Below are positions 1 to 7,298 of a stretch of 41,182 nt of DNA, piece after piece. Position 1 is the stretch's first letter, and each line of letters begins with the position of its first letter. Below the pieces are notes generated by a model. It saw only the letters and a program-made list of their open reading frames with translations, was not told the origin of the DNA and made no database searches. Made by a program: the position numbers and the translations under genes. Origin of the DNA: a virus (taxonomy: Duplodnaviria; Caudoviricetes); the IMG/VR virus record IMGVR_UViG_3300032233_003247, positions 1-41,182 of that record; one strand, given 5' to 3'.

Positions 1-263
1 AGACCCAGTGGCCACTGGTTGTTTAGTTAGGGGTTCCATTGTTCAGGCCAATGGAAATGCATGGAGTGTCTGGCCGCACCAGACTTAGGTTCTAATGCGA
101 ACCAACTCCATGCTTAACCTATTTCGTGGCGTCACGAAAATGGTCTAACCCCTTGGTATGACTGATGTATTAGTTGAGCACACAAAACAGCCAATACATC
201 ATTAACCTATTCTTAACCTTGCCGTATAGGTACATGCTCGGTGCATGCGTAGTACTTGCTTGG

Positions 264-515
264 TTACTTGTAATGGACTTGGCGTATGCGATAGCTAAGG
301 ACATCCCTTGACCAGGTACTGTCTGGATGATTGATTACGGCATCGAATGCTTCATTGATTGCATCATTGGAACCACCATGGTTCAGTGCATCGATTACTG
401 CATAGTCCAATGCATCCATTAGATCATCGACAGAGTTACGGTCACGTGTAGGGATGTCTCTAGCTTTAGCTTTGTAATAGTCATTGAGATCATCAGGTAG
501 TTCAGCAGTAGTCAT
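264..515 (-). CDS. Small hypothetical phage protein
   Basis: 83-aa ORF with ATG start, preceded by a G-free leader like neighbouring genes. Confidence 0.7.
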   Translation of the reverse strand: MTTAELPDDLNDYYKAKARDIPTRDRNSVDDLMDALDYAVIDALNHGGSNDAINEAFDAVINHPDSTWSRDVLSYRIRQVHYK

Positions 516-550
516 GAGTAGTGTTGGTGAATGATTGATGAGTAGTTAGA

Positions 551-580
551 GGAATAACTTCTATCTATAGAAGAGATTCC
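551..580 (-). other. Intergenic imperfect hairpin (possible RNA processing site)
   Basis: GGAAT-AA-CTTCTA-TCTA-TAGAAG-AG-ATTCC; same layout as the hairpin at 1246-1278. Confidence 0.5.
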
Positions 581-649
581 CTGGTACGGGTTGTTGGTGG
601 GGGTATGGGGGGACAGTAGTTATCTGTCAATACCTCATTAGTTTGTTAT

Positions 650-1006
650 TTAAATTAAATAGAGAAGCCTAAGCCAGCTGTCGCAATAGTCGGGTTCGAC
701 CTCGTCTTCCGCTGGCGTGAAGCAGACTGAGTCGAAGGTCCACTCTTCGAGGTCTTCGAGGCACGGGATGTCGTACCAACCTTCGAGGTCGGCCTTCTCT
801 TTTGCGGTGTAGTTACCACCGCTTGGCTTCCAGTAATAACGGTAGACTCCACGCTTGTTTTGGTAGATACTACCGGGCTTTGGGAGTCCACCTTCTTTTG
901 GATCGTAGTTAACTTCTGGTTCGAACTGGAGTTCAGCTTCGTTACCAGTGAGGGGTTCATAGCCAACTGCGTAGGCAATGAATTTCTGTTCAGTTGTAAG
1001 AGCCAT
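650..1006 (-). CDS. Hypothetical phage protein
   Basis: 118-aa ORF with globular composition; C-terminal DSVC..VEPD..SWL..L.LI segment resembles small phage proteins. Confidence 0.75.
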   Translation of the reverse strand: MALTTEQKFIAYAVGYEPLTGNEAELQFEPEVNYDPKEGGLPKPGSIYQNKRGVYRYYWKPSGGNYTAKEKADLEGWYDIPCLEDLEEWTFDSVCFTPAEDEVEPDYCDSWLRLLYLI

Positions 1007-1095
1007 TTGATTGCTTGGATGAGTAATGTGAATAGGATATAGACAGCCGCCACAATTAATGTGACGGTGTCATAGTTACTTAACTTGTTCTTCAT
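655..1095 (-). CDS. Possible overprinted membrane-anchored S/T/K-rich protein
   Basis: Open frame overlapping 650-1006; N-terminal hydrophobic helix (VTLIVAAVYILFTLLIQAI) lies in the non-overlapping part; start taken at the second ATG (1095). Confidence 0.4.
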   Translation of the reverse strand: MKNKLSNYDTVTLIVAAVYILFTLLIQAIKWLLQLNRNSLPTQLAMNPSLVTKLNSSSNQKLTTIQKKVDSQSPVVSTKTSVESTVITGSQAVVTTPQKRRPTSKVGTTSRASKTSKSGPSTQSASRQRKTRSNPTIATAGLGFSI

Positions 1096-1222
1096 AGTAA
1101 ACCTCTGTGTATTCTTCGCGTAGTGCGTTAGCCATTTCATATGCCAGGTCCGCCATTGCGTCTACGTAGTCAGCAACGGCTTGGTCCTGGAGTTGATCAA
1201 GTTCTGGTTGTGAGTAAACCAA
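1076..1222 (-). CDS. Small acidic helical protein (48 aa, not in ORF track)
   Basis: TTG-started ORF MVYSQPELDQLQDQAVADYVDAMADLAYEMANALREEYTEVYYEEQVK after a G-poor leader. Confidence 0.6.
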   Translation of the reverse strand: MVYSQPELDQLQDQAVADYVDAMADLAYEMANALREEYTEVYYEEQVK

Positions 1223-1245
1223 GATTAAGTTGCAATGGGATAGTT

Positions 1246-1278
1246 GAAATCTCGATAACTGACAGTTATCAGGATTCC
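1246..1278 (-). other. Intergenic hairpin with 2x2 internal loop
   Basis: GAAATC-TC-GATAACT-GAC-AGTTATC-AG-GATTCC. Confidence 0.55.
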
Positions 1279-1305
1279 GAGTAGTTTAAGGACATACTCA
1301 GGTCC
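1279..1305 (-). ncRNA. Candidate compact H-type pseudoknot
   Basis: Minus strand GGAC-CTGAGTAT-GTCC-TTAAAC-TACTC: stem GGAC/GTCC, and loop GAGTA pairs with downstream TACTC. Confidence 0.5.
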
Positions 1306-1361
1306 ATTCAACGATTAAGATTTAGATTCCTCCTTGGCAGCTCCACAACCTATAAGTACGG

Positions 1362-1583
1362 TTACGACTGCTGCAAGGGGGGATGTGGGGGTGTACAAAA
1401 GTTAGGACCTTTGTACGTAACTTCGTTTGGGACAGGGTCACCATAGGCATACTCTCCTTCTAGTTGATAGATCAAACTGACGGAAGAGGTGACGCCTTTA
1501 ACGTGTACTGTTAGTTGAGTGCCTTTGCAAATGATAGAGACATGCTCTGGTTTGGCAAAGTCTATTTGATCGGTTACTTCCAT
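1362..1583 (-). CDS. Hypothetical protein
   Basis: 73-aa ORF closely packed behind 1586-1816. Confidence 0.6.
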   Translation of the reverse strand: MEVTDQIDFAKPEHVSIICKGTQLTVHVKGVTSSVSLIYQLEGEYAYGDPVPNEVTYKGPNFCTPPHPPLQQS

Positions 1584-1585
1584 AG

Positions 1586-1816
1586 TTAGTTGTGTGCAAC
1601 GAAGTCTGAACTAGATGTTAGTTCATTGATGGGGATGACGTCTGCCTCCCTGAGTTCCTCTGGGAAGCAGCCTTCATAGTCTTCTGATTGATTTTCAATT
1701 ACTTCACAACCAGCATCTTCGAGCTGGTATACGGCATTGTTCCAAGTATTAGCAGAGACTGAAACTGTGGCATAACGCCCAGTTGAGTCTGTAATTAATG
1801 CAATGTATTGAGTCAT
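1586..1816 (-). CDS. Hypothetical acidic protein
   Basis: 76-aa ORF with ATGA overlap to upstream gene. Confidence 0.75.
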   Translation of the reverse strand: MTQYIALITDSTGRYATVSVSANTWNNAVYQLEDAGCEVIENQSEDYEGCFPEELREADVIPINELTSSSDFVAHN

Positions 1817-2016
1817 GGTTTAAGTTGAGGAATTGAATGGTTAGGCATTTGAATTAGTTTGGTTACATCCGTACCAAACAATGCGCCAACCGTCATTGTG
1901 GCAATGCCAATTACCATGCAGAATGTAAGGAATGCTTCCATGTAGTTAACCGGTGGTTCACCATAGGAATCAAGATGAATATATTTGCCTTTATCAAGTT
2001 TGATAATCTGTTTCAT
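1813..2016 (-). CDS. Small membrane protein
   Basis: 67 aa with one hydrophobic stretch (AFLTFCMVIGIATMTVGALF). Confidence 0.7.
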   Translation of the reverse strand: MKQIIKLDKGKYIHLDSYGEPPVNYMEAFLTFCMVIGIATMTVGALFGTDVTKLIQMPNHSIPQLKP

Positions 2017-2040
2017 GTAAGTTAAGTTAGTAGTGTTGAC

Positions 2041-2098
2041 GTAGACCTCATGGGTGAGGCCTACAGAAAAGGACCGAAGTCCCTTAGTGTAGGCGTCA
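2041..2098 (-). repeat. Structured intergenic element, copy C (a - UUCG hairpin - a' - a)
   Basis: TGA-C-GCCTAC-ACT-AAGGGAC-TTCG-GTCCTTT-TCT-GTAGGC-CTCACCCATGAG-GTCTAC; begins at stop codon of 2096-2473. Confidence 0.7.
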
Positions 2099-2473
2099 GA
2101 CAGTTAGAGCTTCTTCTGCGAGTTGAGCTACGGCTTTTGGCTTGGAACCAAAAGCATAGCTGGTAACACGCATTTGAAACTCTGGGTTCTTAAGCGGAGT
2201 AAGGACATCGTCTTTCATGTAGAAAGCACGAATGCCTTTAATAGTTCCTCCGATAGTTAGCTCTTGACCAACAACAAGATTGCCATTGTTGAATGCAGTC
2301 ATCAGCCCATTGCTATTAGTGAAACGTACACGAATGTTCGTATTCTCATTAATGGTATGCATGAGGGTAATGGCCAAGAAGTCTTGACCTTCATGCGTAG
2401 CAAGTTCCATGTGAGCAATGCGTCCATGGAGACTGAGCTGCTGGAAGTCAGGGAGCTGTTTAAGTTCAGTCAT
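2096..2473 (-). CDS. SSB-like OB-fold single-stranded DNA-binding protein
   Basis: Pattern LSLHGRI..FLAITL..IRVRF..LVVGQELTIGGTI..Y matches the SSB strand layout. Confidence 0.6.
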   Translation of the reverse strand: MTELKQLPDFQQLSLHGRIAHMELATHEGQDFLAITLMHTINENTNIRVRFTNSNGLMTAFNNGNLVVGQELTIGGTIKGIRAFYMKDDVLTPLKNPEFQMRVTSYAFGSKPKAVAQLAEEALTV

Positions 2474-2533
2474 AGTTAGAGCTGAGTTGAGTTAGTAGGT
2501 AGTACATATGTATGTCCGTACAGTGTACGTACA

Positions 2534-2584
2534 GCAGACAGTGAAGTCTGCAGGGAGAGCCGAAGCCCTCCGGGCAGACATCTA
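2534..2584 (-). repeat. Structured intergenic element, copy B
   Basis: TAG-AT-GTCTGC-CC-GGAGGGC-TTCG-GCTCTCC-CT-GCAGAC-TTCACT-GTCTGC; begins at stop codon of 2582-2734. Confidence 0.75.
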
Positions 2585-2734
2585 CCAATCGTGGATACGC
2601 ACCACATTTAAATCAACAAGTTTCTTGTTGAGTAGTTCTGCGCCCATGACTAATGCTTGAGTCCGTGTTCGAGCCATTAGCTCAATCACAGACTGTGCAT
2701 GCCATACGCGCCAAACAGTTAATGCGTTATCCAT
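2582..2734 (-). CDS. Small hypothetical protein (50 aa)
   Basis: Start re-assigned to ATG 2734, which overlaps the upstream stop (TAATG). Confidence 0.65.
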   Translation of the reverse strand: MDNALTVWRVWHAQSVIELMARTRTQALVMGAELLNKKLVDLNVVRIHDW

Positions 2735-2991
2735 TATTCCTCGATGCCATATTCCTGTTCCCACTTCAGTGCGACACGGTTGATGTCAACCTTCTTCTGA
2801 AGCAGTGCACAGATTGGCAGTAGGTCTTCAAATCGTGCCATACCATCTTGAAATTGATAGAACAGTTCAAGAGCTGCTTGACGCCGCTCTTCAACATTCC
2901 AATCAATACAAGGTAGTTCGTCACTAGAATCCCTACGTGCCAATAGCCTGGCATCGTGGGTTAGTAGATGTTCAACTTGTGCAACGTTCAT
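2734..2991 (-). CDS. Hypothetical protein (85 aa)
   Basis: Start re-assigned to ATG 2991 after a G-free leader; the longer track ORF runs through RNA element A. Confidence 0.7.
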   Translation of the reverse strand: MNVAQVEHLLTHDARLLARRDSSDELPCIDWNVEERRQAALELFYQFQDGMARFEDLLPICALLQKKVDINRVALKWEQEYGIEE

Positions 2992-3015
2992 GATTGAAGT
3001 TGAGTTGTGTTGAGA

Positions 3016-3065
3016 GCAGACAGTGAAGTCTGCAGAGAGGACCGGAGTCCTCTGGGCAAACATCA
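3016..3065 (-). repeat. Structured intergenic element, copy A
   Basis: TGA-T-GTTTGC-CC-AGAGGAC-TCCG-GTCCTCT-CT-GCAGAC-TTCACT-GTCTGC; begins at stop codon of 3063-3263. Confidence 0.75.
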
Positions 3066-3263
3066 TTGACAGTAGTTGTAGTAATCAACTAGTTCAGCAT
3101 GTAGTTCTGAGACTCCTGCTGGTATACCACCACCAAGAGTACGAACATCTTTATCGTGCCAGATGCCATTACTGTCACTGCACTCATAATGAAGCTGAGT
3201 TGATTCACCGCCATACCAAATGGTACGGTCGTGTGAGTTGTTTGTAGGTTGATAGATAAACAT
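3063..3263 (-). CDS. Hypothetical protein (66 aa), first gene of leftward array
   Basis: Start re-assigned to ATG 3263 (MFIYQPTNN...). Confidence 0.7.
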   Translation of the reverse strand: MFIYQPTNNSHDRTIWYGGESTQLHYECSDSNGIWHDKDVRTLGGGIPAGVSELHAELVDYYNYCQ

Positions 3264-3297
3264 TGACTTGAACAAGCCACACTCAGTGTGTGACAAG

Positions 3298-3345
3298 ACT
3301 GAGCCTGGGGTTTGCACCCAAGCATGCCGCTTGCACGGACTCAGT
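3298..3345 (-). ncRNA. Candidate three-way-junction leader RNA with two TGCAA loops
   Basis: ACTGAG..CCG-TGCAAG-CGG..GCTTGGG-TGCAAAC-CCCAGGC-TCAGT; outer stem ACTGA/TCAGT. Confidence 0.5.
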
Positions 3346-3408
3346 TAGTTGTGTAGCAATTTGCTACAACCAAACCATCCGAAGTTCATGTAGCTTTTGA
3401 ATTAGCTT

Positions 3409-3531
3409 TGTGAATAAGCTTATGCACATGGATGTGCAAAAGCAACAATATAAAATGTGGAAACATAATTAATTACATCCAATTAAAGTTGAGTTTGTCT
3501 GTGGAAAACCTGTGGAAAACCTGTGGAAAAC
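3409..3531. promoter_or_regulatory. DnaA-box cluster, putative replication origin
   Basis: Three TGTGGAAAA (rc TTTTCCACA) at 3500, 3511, 3522 in an 11-bp tandem repeat; TGTGAATAA 3409 and TTATGCACA 3420 fit TTATNCACA; two degenerate boxes at 3433 and 3456. Confidence 0.65.
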
Positions 3532-3951
3532 AATAGCTCCAAATAAATTACAGTCCTGTTTCGAAGATGCGGGTCGGCGGAGCGCGCCCCAAAATCAGGC
3601 GCGATTATGCGTAAATTGCATAGATGTTGATTGATTTGAGGTGATTACATTATCCGTTGGTTCTAATTGTCATATAACTTAATTATTACGGTGTCTTCTC
3701 ATGGTGCGACCCCACATTCTTTTTTTTTCCTCCCACATTCACTTTCGGCTTGGGGTTTGGAGAAGGGTCAGGTAAATCTAACCCCTATTTAGGGTATATA
3801 CGGCCCTTTTTTAAAACACACTGACCCCCTTTGGGGGTACATTGACTCATGATAGGGGTAGTTTTAATTTATTTTTAAAAATTACAATCCCTACGTTGAA
3901 GTAAAAATGCGTTTTTGTATGTACTTTCCCCAATTAGCCCAAGAATTCACA

Positions 3952-3984
3952 CAAAAAAGCCGGGGATTTTATTCCCCGGACTTT
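3952..3984 (-). terminator. Rho-independent terminator of 4010-4219
   Basis: CCGGGGA/TCCCCGG stem followed by a U-run on the minus strand. Confidence 0.7.
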
Positions 3985-4009
3985 GCTTATTTTTTGAACT
4001 GTCTAAAAC

Positions 4010-4219
4010 TTACCTTCGATTTTTAGCAGCCTTAGCCACCTGGGCCGCAGCAGCATACATTTCGGGATCTGGGCGTTGTTTGCCGAGTTCACGTCGGGCA
4101 CCGGCAATAAACGTTTGAATTTCAAAACCTTCTTTACCTTCTTGCGCTAATTCCTGTGCTTTATCGGAAATTGCAGTTAAAGCAATTGCGCGTTCTGTCC
4201 TAGGTTTTGGTGTGTCCAT
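4010..4219 (-). CDS. Small helical hypothetical protein
   Basis: 69-aa ORF with its own terminator and a TAGACT -10-like element at 4272-4277. Confidence 0.7.
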   Translation of the reverse strand: MDTPKPRTERAIALTAISDKAQELAQEGKEGFEIQTFIAGARRELGKQRPDPEMYAAAAQVAKAAKNRR

Positions 4220-4346
4220 GGCAAAAATAATAGTTTTTCCTTAATTGTCGGTAAAACTTTTTGTTAATTCAAGTCTATAGCATTTATTTTTTGTGTTGCA
4301 GGCTTTAAAATACAAAAAAGACGTACATTAGTAAAAATAAAGTTCA

Positions 4347-5909
4347 ATGGCGTTATCTCCTGCTGATTTTTACGCGTATAGCAATGCCACTGGAACGCCA
4401 TACCCAGAAAATGCAGAAGATCGTGCATATTTAGCACCGGAAGTCTTGGAGTTTCGCCGTAATCAACTCAAGTCTCCACAACAAGAGTCAAATATCCTTC
4501 AAACAATTGGAGCAGCAGTACTTGGTCTTGGTGCGTTAGGTGCAGCGGGAGTTGCTGGTCGTCGTCTGCTAAGGCCCGTAGGAAAATCCGCAACTGCTGG
4601 CGTACGTCAAGTTGATCTAGCGGAGCTTGCCAAGAACCGTGGAAATCTAGAACGTGTTTCTAGCTCAAAAATTGTTACAGAACCCGCCGTCAAACCAGCA
4701 ACTGTTGATCTTGTTGAGAAATCTAAAATTCTTGAAACCATTACTCAAAAATATCCAGAGCAAGGGGAGGAAATTCCTTTTGTTCCTTATCACGCCACTC
4801 GTGATGTAGATCCGTCAGAGACTCCGGTCTTCATGGGATTCACAGCTGGTGGTCAACCTAAGTTATTGCAAAATCCACCGTTACCTGCAGTACTTAAACA
4901 AGCACGTCAAGGCGTATTTCCTGAGGCTTCCAGTTTGACGGGGCTTCAAGATTTGCTTGAGCCGGCTCAAAGCGTACAAGTTAGTAATGCGCTTGAAACA
5001 GGAGCCAACCAAAGCATAGGACGGGTAGAGCACCTGGATCAGTTAAATCAAAAATATGACGTTACTCAAGATGCTCTTGTAAATAAAACACTAGAAACAC
5101 GTACAATCACTTCGCAAGAGCTTGCAGATATTGCAAAAGAACAAATGATTACCCGCCGACAAAACCTTGTGGACCGCGGGTTTACACCAGGTACAGCGCG
5201 GTTTGAACATGAGCTTTCTCAAGGTCCGTTACCGCTTGTTGTAACTAAAGCCGTTGAAGCAGCTGGTGCAAATCCACTTGATCCTCTTGGCGAATTAAAA
5301 GAAAGAAGTTTGGTTAATATTGGCCCAGAAGCACAGGTTGAGACAACGGCAGCAGGCACGGCAATTCGGGGAGCAACTCCTGTATTGCATGAAGCACTTC
5401 CAAAAACCAGTCTTCGTCAGCTGTTAGGTGGTGAAATGGGTCCTGATATCCCCGGTTCGCAACGTGTCCGTGGAGCTTTATCGGCAGATATTCCAGCTGA
5501 ACAACTTTCAAAACAAGAAATTACTTACGGCTTTCTTAACCAAGCACCTGAACCTGAAATTGTTGGAGGTTCTGCAGGCATTGGTGTGTATGGATTGGAA
5601 TCAGGTTTTGTCCCTGGCGCAATGAGTAAAGCAACAGGTGAGTTTTCAGCAGCTTCCGAACGTAAGCCAACATATGTTCCAGCATGGCTTGCTAAACGTG
5701 AGCAGACACCATTTGCAAATCTTTCACCTACTGGTTTAGAAAACGCATTAGCAAAAGCCGGAAAGTCGGGAACTGCAGCAATTCAAAATGAAATGCAACG
5801 TCGTCAAATTAATCGTGAAAGCGTTGCAGCAAGTGAAGCGTTACGTCGAGCTAGAATCGAAGGACGTGATCCGCAAATGATCCTCAAGCAACTGGGTGTT
5901 GTTAATTAA
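4347..5909 (+). CDS. Hypothetical protein, possibly internal virion protein
   Basis: 520-aa ORF with an N-terminal Gly/Ala hydrophobic segment; first gene of the rightward block. Confidence 0.75.
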   Translation: MALSPADFYAYSNATGTPYPENAEDRAYLAPEVLEFRRNQLKSPQQESNILQTIGAAVLGLGALGAAGVAGRRLLRPVGKSATAGVRQVDLAELAKNRGNLERVSSSKIVTEPAVKPATVDLVEKSKILETITQKYPEQGEEIPFVPYHATRDVDPSETPVFMGFTAGGQPKLLQNPPLPAVLKQARQGVFPEASSLTGLQDLLEPAQSVQVSNALETGANQSIGRVEHLDQLNQKYDVTQDALVNKTLETRTITSQELADIAKEQMITRRQNLVDRGFTPGTARFEHELSQGPLPLVVTKAVEAAGANPLDPLGELKERSLVNIGPEAQVETTAAGTAIRGATPVLHEALPKTSLRQLLGGEMGPDIPGSQRVRGALSADIPAEQLSKQEITYGFLNQAPEPEIVGGSAGIGVYGLESGFVPGAMSKATGEFSAASERKPTYVPAWLAKREQTPFANLSPTGLENALAKAGKSGTAAIQNEMQRRQINRESVAASEALRRARIEGRDPQMILKQLGVVN

Positions 5910-5911
5910 TC

Positions 5912-6145
5912 ATGGCCGAAAACCAAAAAAAAGATAAAAAGTGGATCCAAGGGGCAGAGATAAAAGAAGGTGCCTTTACGGCCAAAGCCAAAAAGAAAGG
6001 TATTACTACTGCTCAGTTGCAGGAAAATGTTTTGTCTAATCCAGATAAATACGATGAAAAAACAGTAAAACAAGCAAACTTACGTAAAACTTTAGTAGGA
6101 TTACACAAGAAGAAAAAAGAAGGAAAGCTAAGCACTGATGGCTAA
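5912..6145 (+). CDS. Small basic phage protein
   Basis: KKWIQGA..KEGAFTAKAK..KQANL.KTL pattern typical of small lysine-rich phage proteins. Confidence 0.75.
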   Translation: MAENQKKDKKWIQGAEIKEGAFTAKAKKKGITTAQLQENVLSNPDKYDEKTVKQANLRKTLVGLHKKKKEGKLSTDG

Positions 6146-6695
6146 AGACTTTCGCCTTGATCTAGGCAGGTATATTGATTACACCAAAGACGTTTTTGTT
6201 AAGCAACGGAAGCTTAATTTTGACGATTTGTTTGCTGCTAAGTCAGGATCTAACTCTGCTCCCTGGACGCCAAGCAGATTTCAAGATAACGACTTATTAA
6301 AAAAAATTCAAACGCGCAAGTTACAACTTAATCCCACACTTAATTTTATTGGGGAAACTCCTGAAGAGTATGAAGTTTTTGCTGGGCTTGGACGCTTTAA
6401 ACGTTCCGAAGGATATGACTTTGAGAATGGCCGTCCCTTAACAACATCACGTCCAGAAGAACAACCAGGTTTTACTGAAATCTGGAAACAAGCATACGAT
6501 ATTAGTCCAACAGTTTCACCGGAAAAACGTGTTAAAAACCCAATGCCTCGCATGCGAAATCCAGATCCCAAGGGTTATCTAATGATGAGCGCTGAAAAAC
6601 AAGTTGAAAATGAACAAGAAGGCAATAAGTCTGTTGCTGAGTTAATGACTAATAAATCGGATTTAACCGAAAATCAAAAAGAAACCAAAACATAG
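6138..6695 (+). CDS. Hypothetical protein
   Basis: 185-aa ORF coupled to the upstream gene. Confidence 0.75.
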   Translation: MAKDFRLDLGRYIDYTKDVFVKQRKLNFDDLFAAKSGSNSAPWTPSRFQDNDLLKKIQTRKLQLNPTLNFIGETPEEYEVFAGLGRFKRSEGYDFENGRPLTTSRPEEQPGFTEIWKQAYDISPTVSPEKRVKNPMPRMRNPDPKGYLMMSAEKQVENEQEGNKSVAELMTNKSDLTENQKETKT

Positions 6696-6728
6696 GAATT
6701 TATAATAAATGAAAGACGGTAAAAATAC

Positions 6729-7298
6729 GTGAACTTTCAACGCTTATTAAATTTTGCCAGGCGTGAAAAAGACGTTCTTCCTTCAGTGGCAACTGGCAGT
6801 GCGTTGTCAGGTCTATTTGGACTGCTTACAGGCGGTCCTGCTGCTGGCGCTGCTTATGGCCTTGGAGACTTAGCTTTAGCTTATCCAGCTACTCTTGGAA
6901 CGCGAGCAGTTGCTAAAAAATTAATTACCAAACCTATTGCAGGTATTGAACCAAAAGTTCTACAACAAGGTGCCGAAACCATTGCAAATCTTGGTGCATC
7001 AATCGCATCAGTACCCTTGGTAGATACTGTTACAGCTGGACGTTTATATCCTCAAGTGCAACCAACCAATATTTCGCAAGAACAGCAAATCATGCAAGAA
7101 ATGGTCCAACGAGCTAATGTTAATAAGTTAGACACACAAGCGGTAGCCCCTGGAACTCAATTTCAAACTGCAGGCATTGAGTTTTTACATGATTACATAG
7201 GACGTGGTCCACAACAATCTCGTGACATGTATGCAGCTACCCTAGGACCAGAAAACTATGCGCTATTAGCCGAGTACGGAGGATTACCCCGTGGCTGA
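6729..7298 (+). CDS. Gly/Ala-rich putative internal virion protein
   Basis: Glycine-zipper-like hydrophobic segments; TATAAT at 6701. Confidence 0.7.
   Translation: MNFQRLLNFARREKDVLPSVATGSALSGLFGLLTGGPAAGAAYGLGDLALAYPATLGTRAVAKKLITKPIAGIEPKVLQQGAETIANLGASIASVPLVDTVTAGRLYPQVQPTNISQEQQIMQEMVQRANVNKLDTQAVAPGTQFQTAGIEFLHDYIGRGPQQSRDMYAATLGPENYALLAEYGGLPRG

Noticed and set aside
1-167. Short imperfect palindromes CCAGTGGCCACTGG and CCCTTGGTATGACTG
   Set aside because: Only two dissimilar instances at the window edge; insufficient to call a binding site.
2041-3065. Repeated hairpin elements as intrinsic terminators, CRISPR repeats or attC sites
   Set aside because: No U-tract on the coding strand, they are separated by whole genes, and there are no RYYYAAC/GTTRRRY ends.
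3298-3345. tRNA gene
   Set aside because: Too short; no anticodon arm or cloverleaf despite a T-loop-like hairpin.
3352-3368. Palindrome TGTAGCAA-T-TTGCTACA as an NtcA site
   Set aside because: Spacing is GTA-N9-TAC, not the required N8; it may be some other operator but this is unsupported.
3499-3531. Tandem 11-bp repeat as CRISPR array
   Set aside because: No spacers, repeats too short, and no cas genes.
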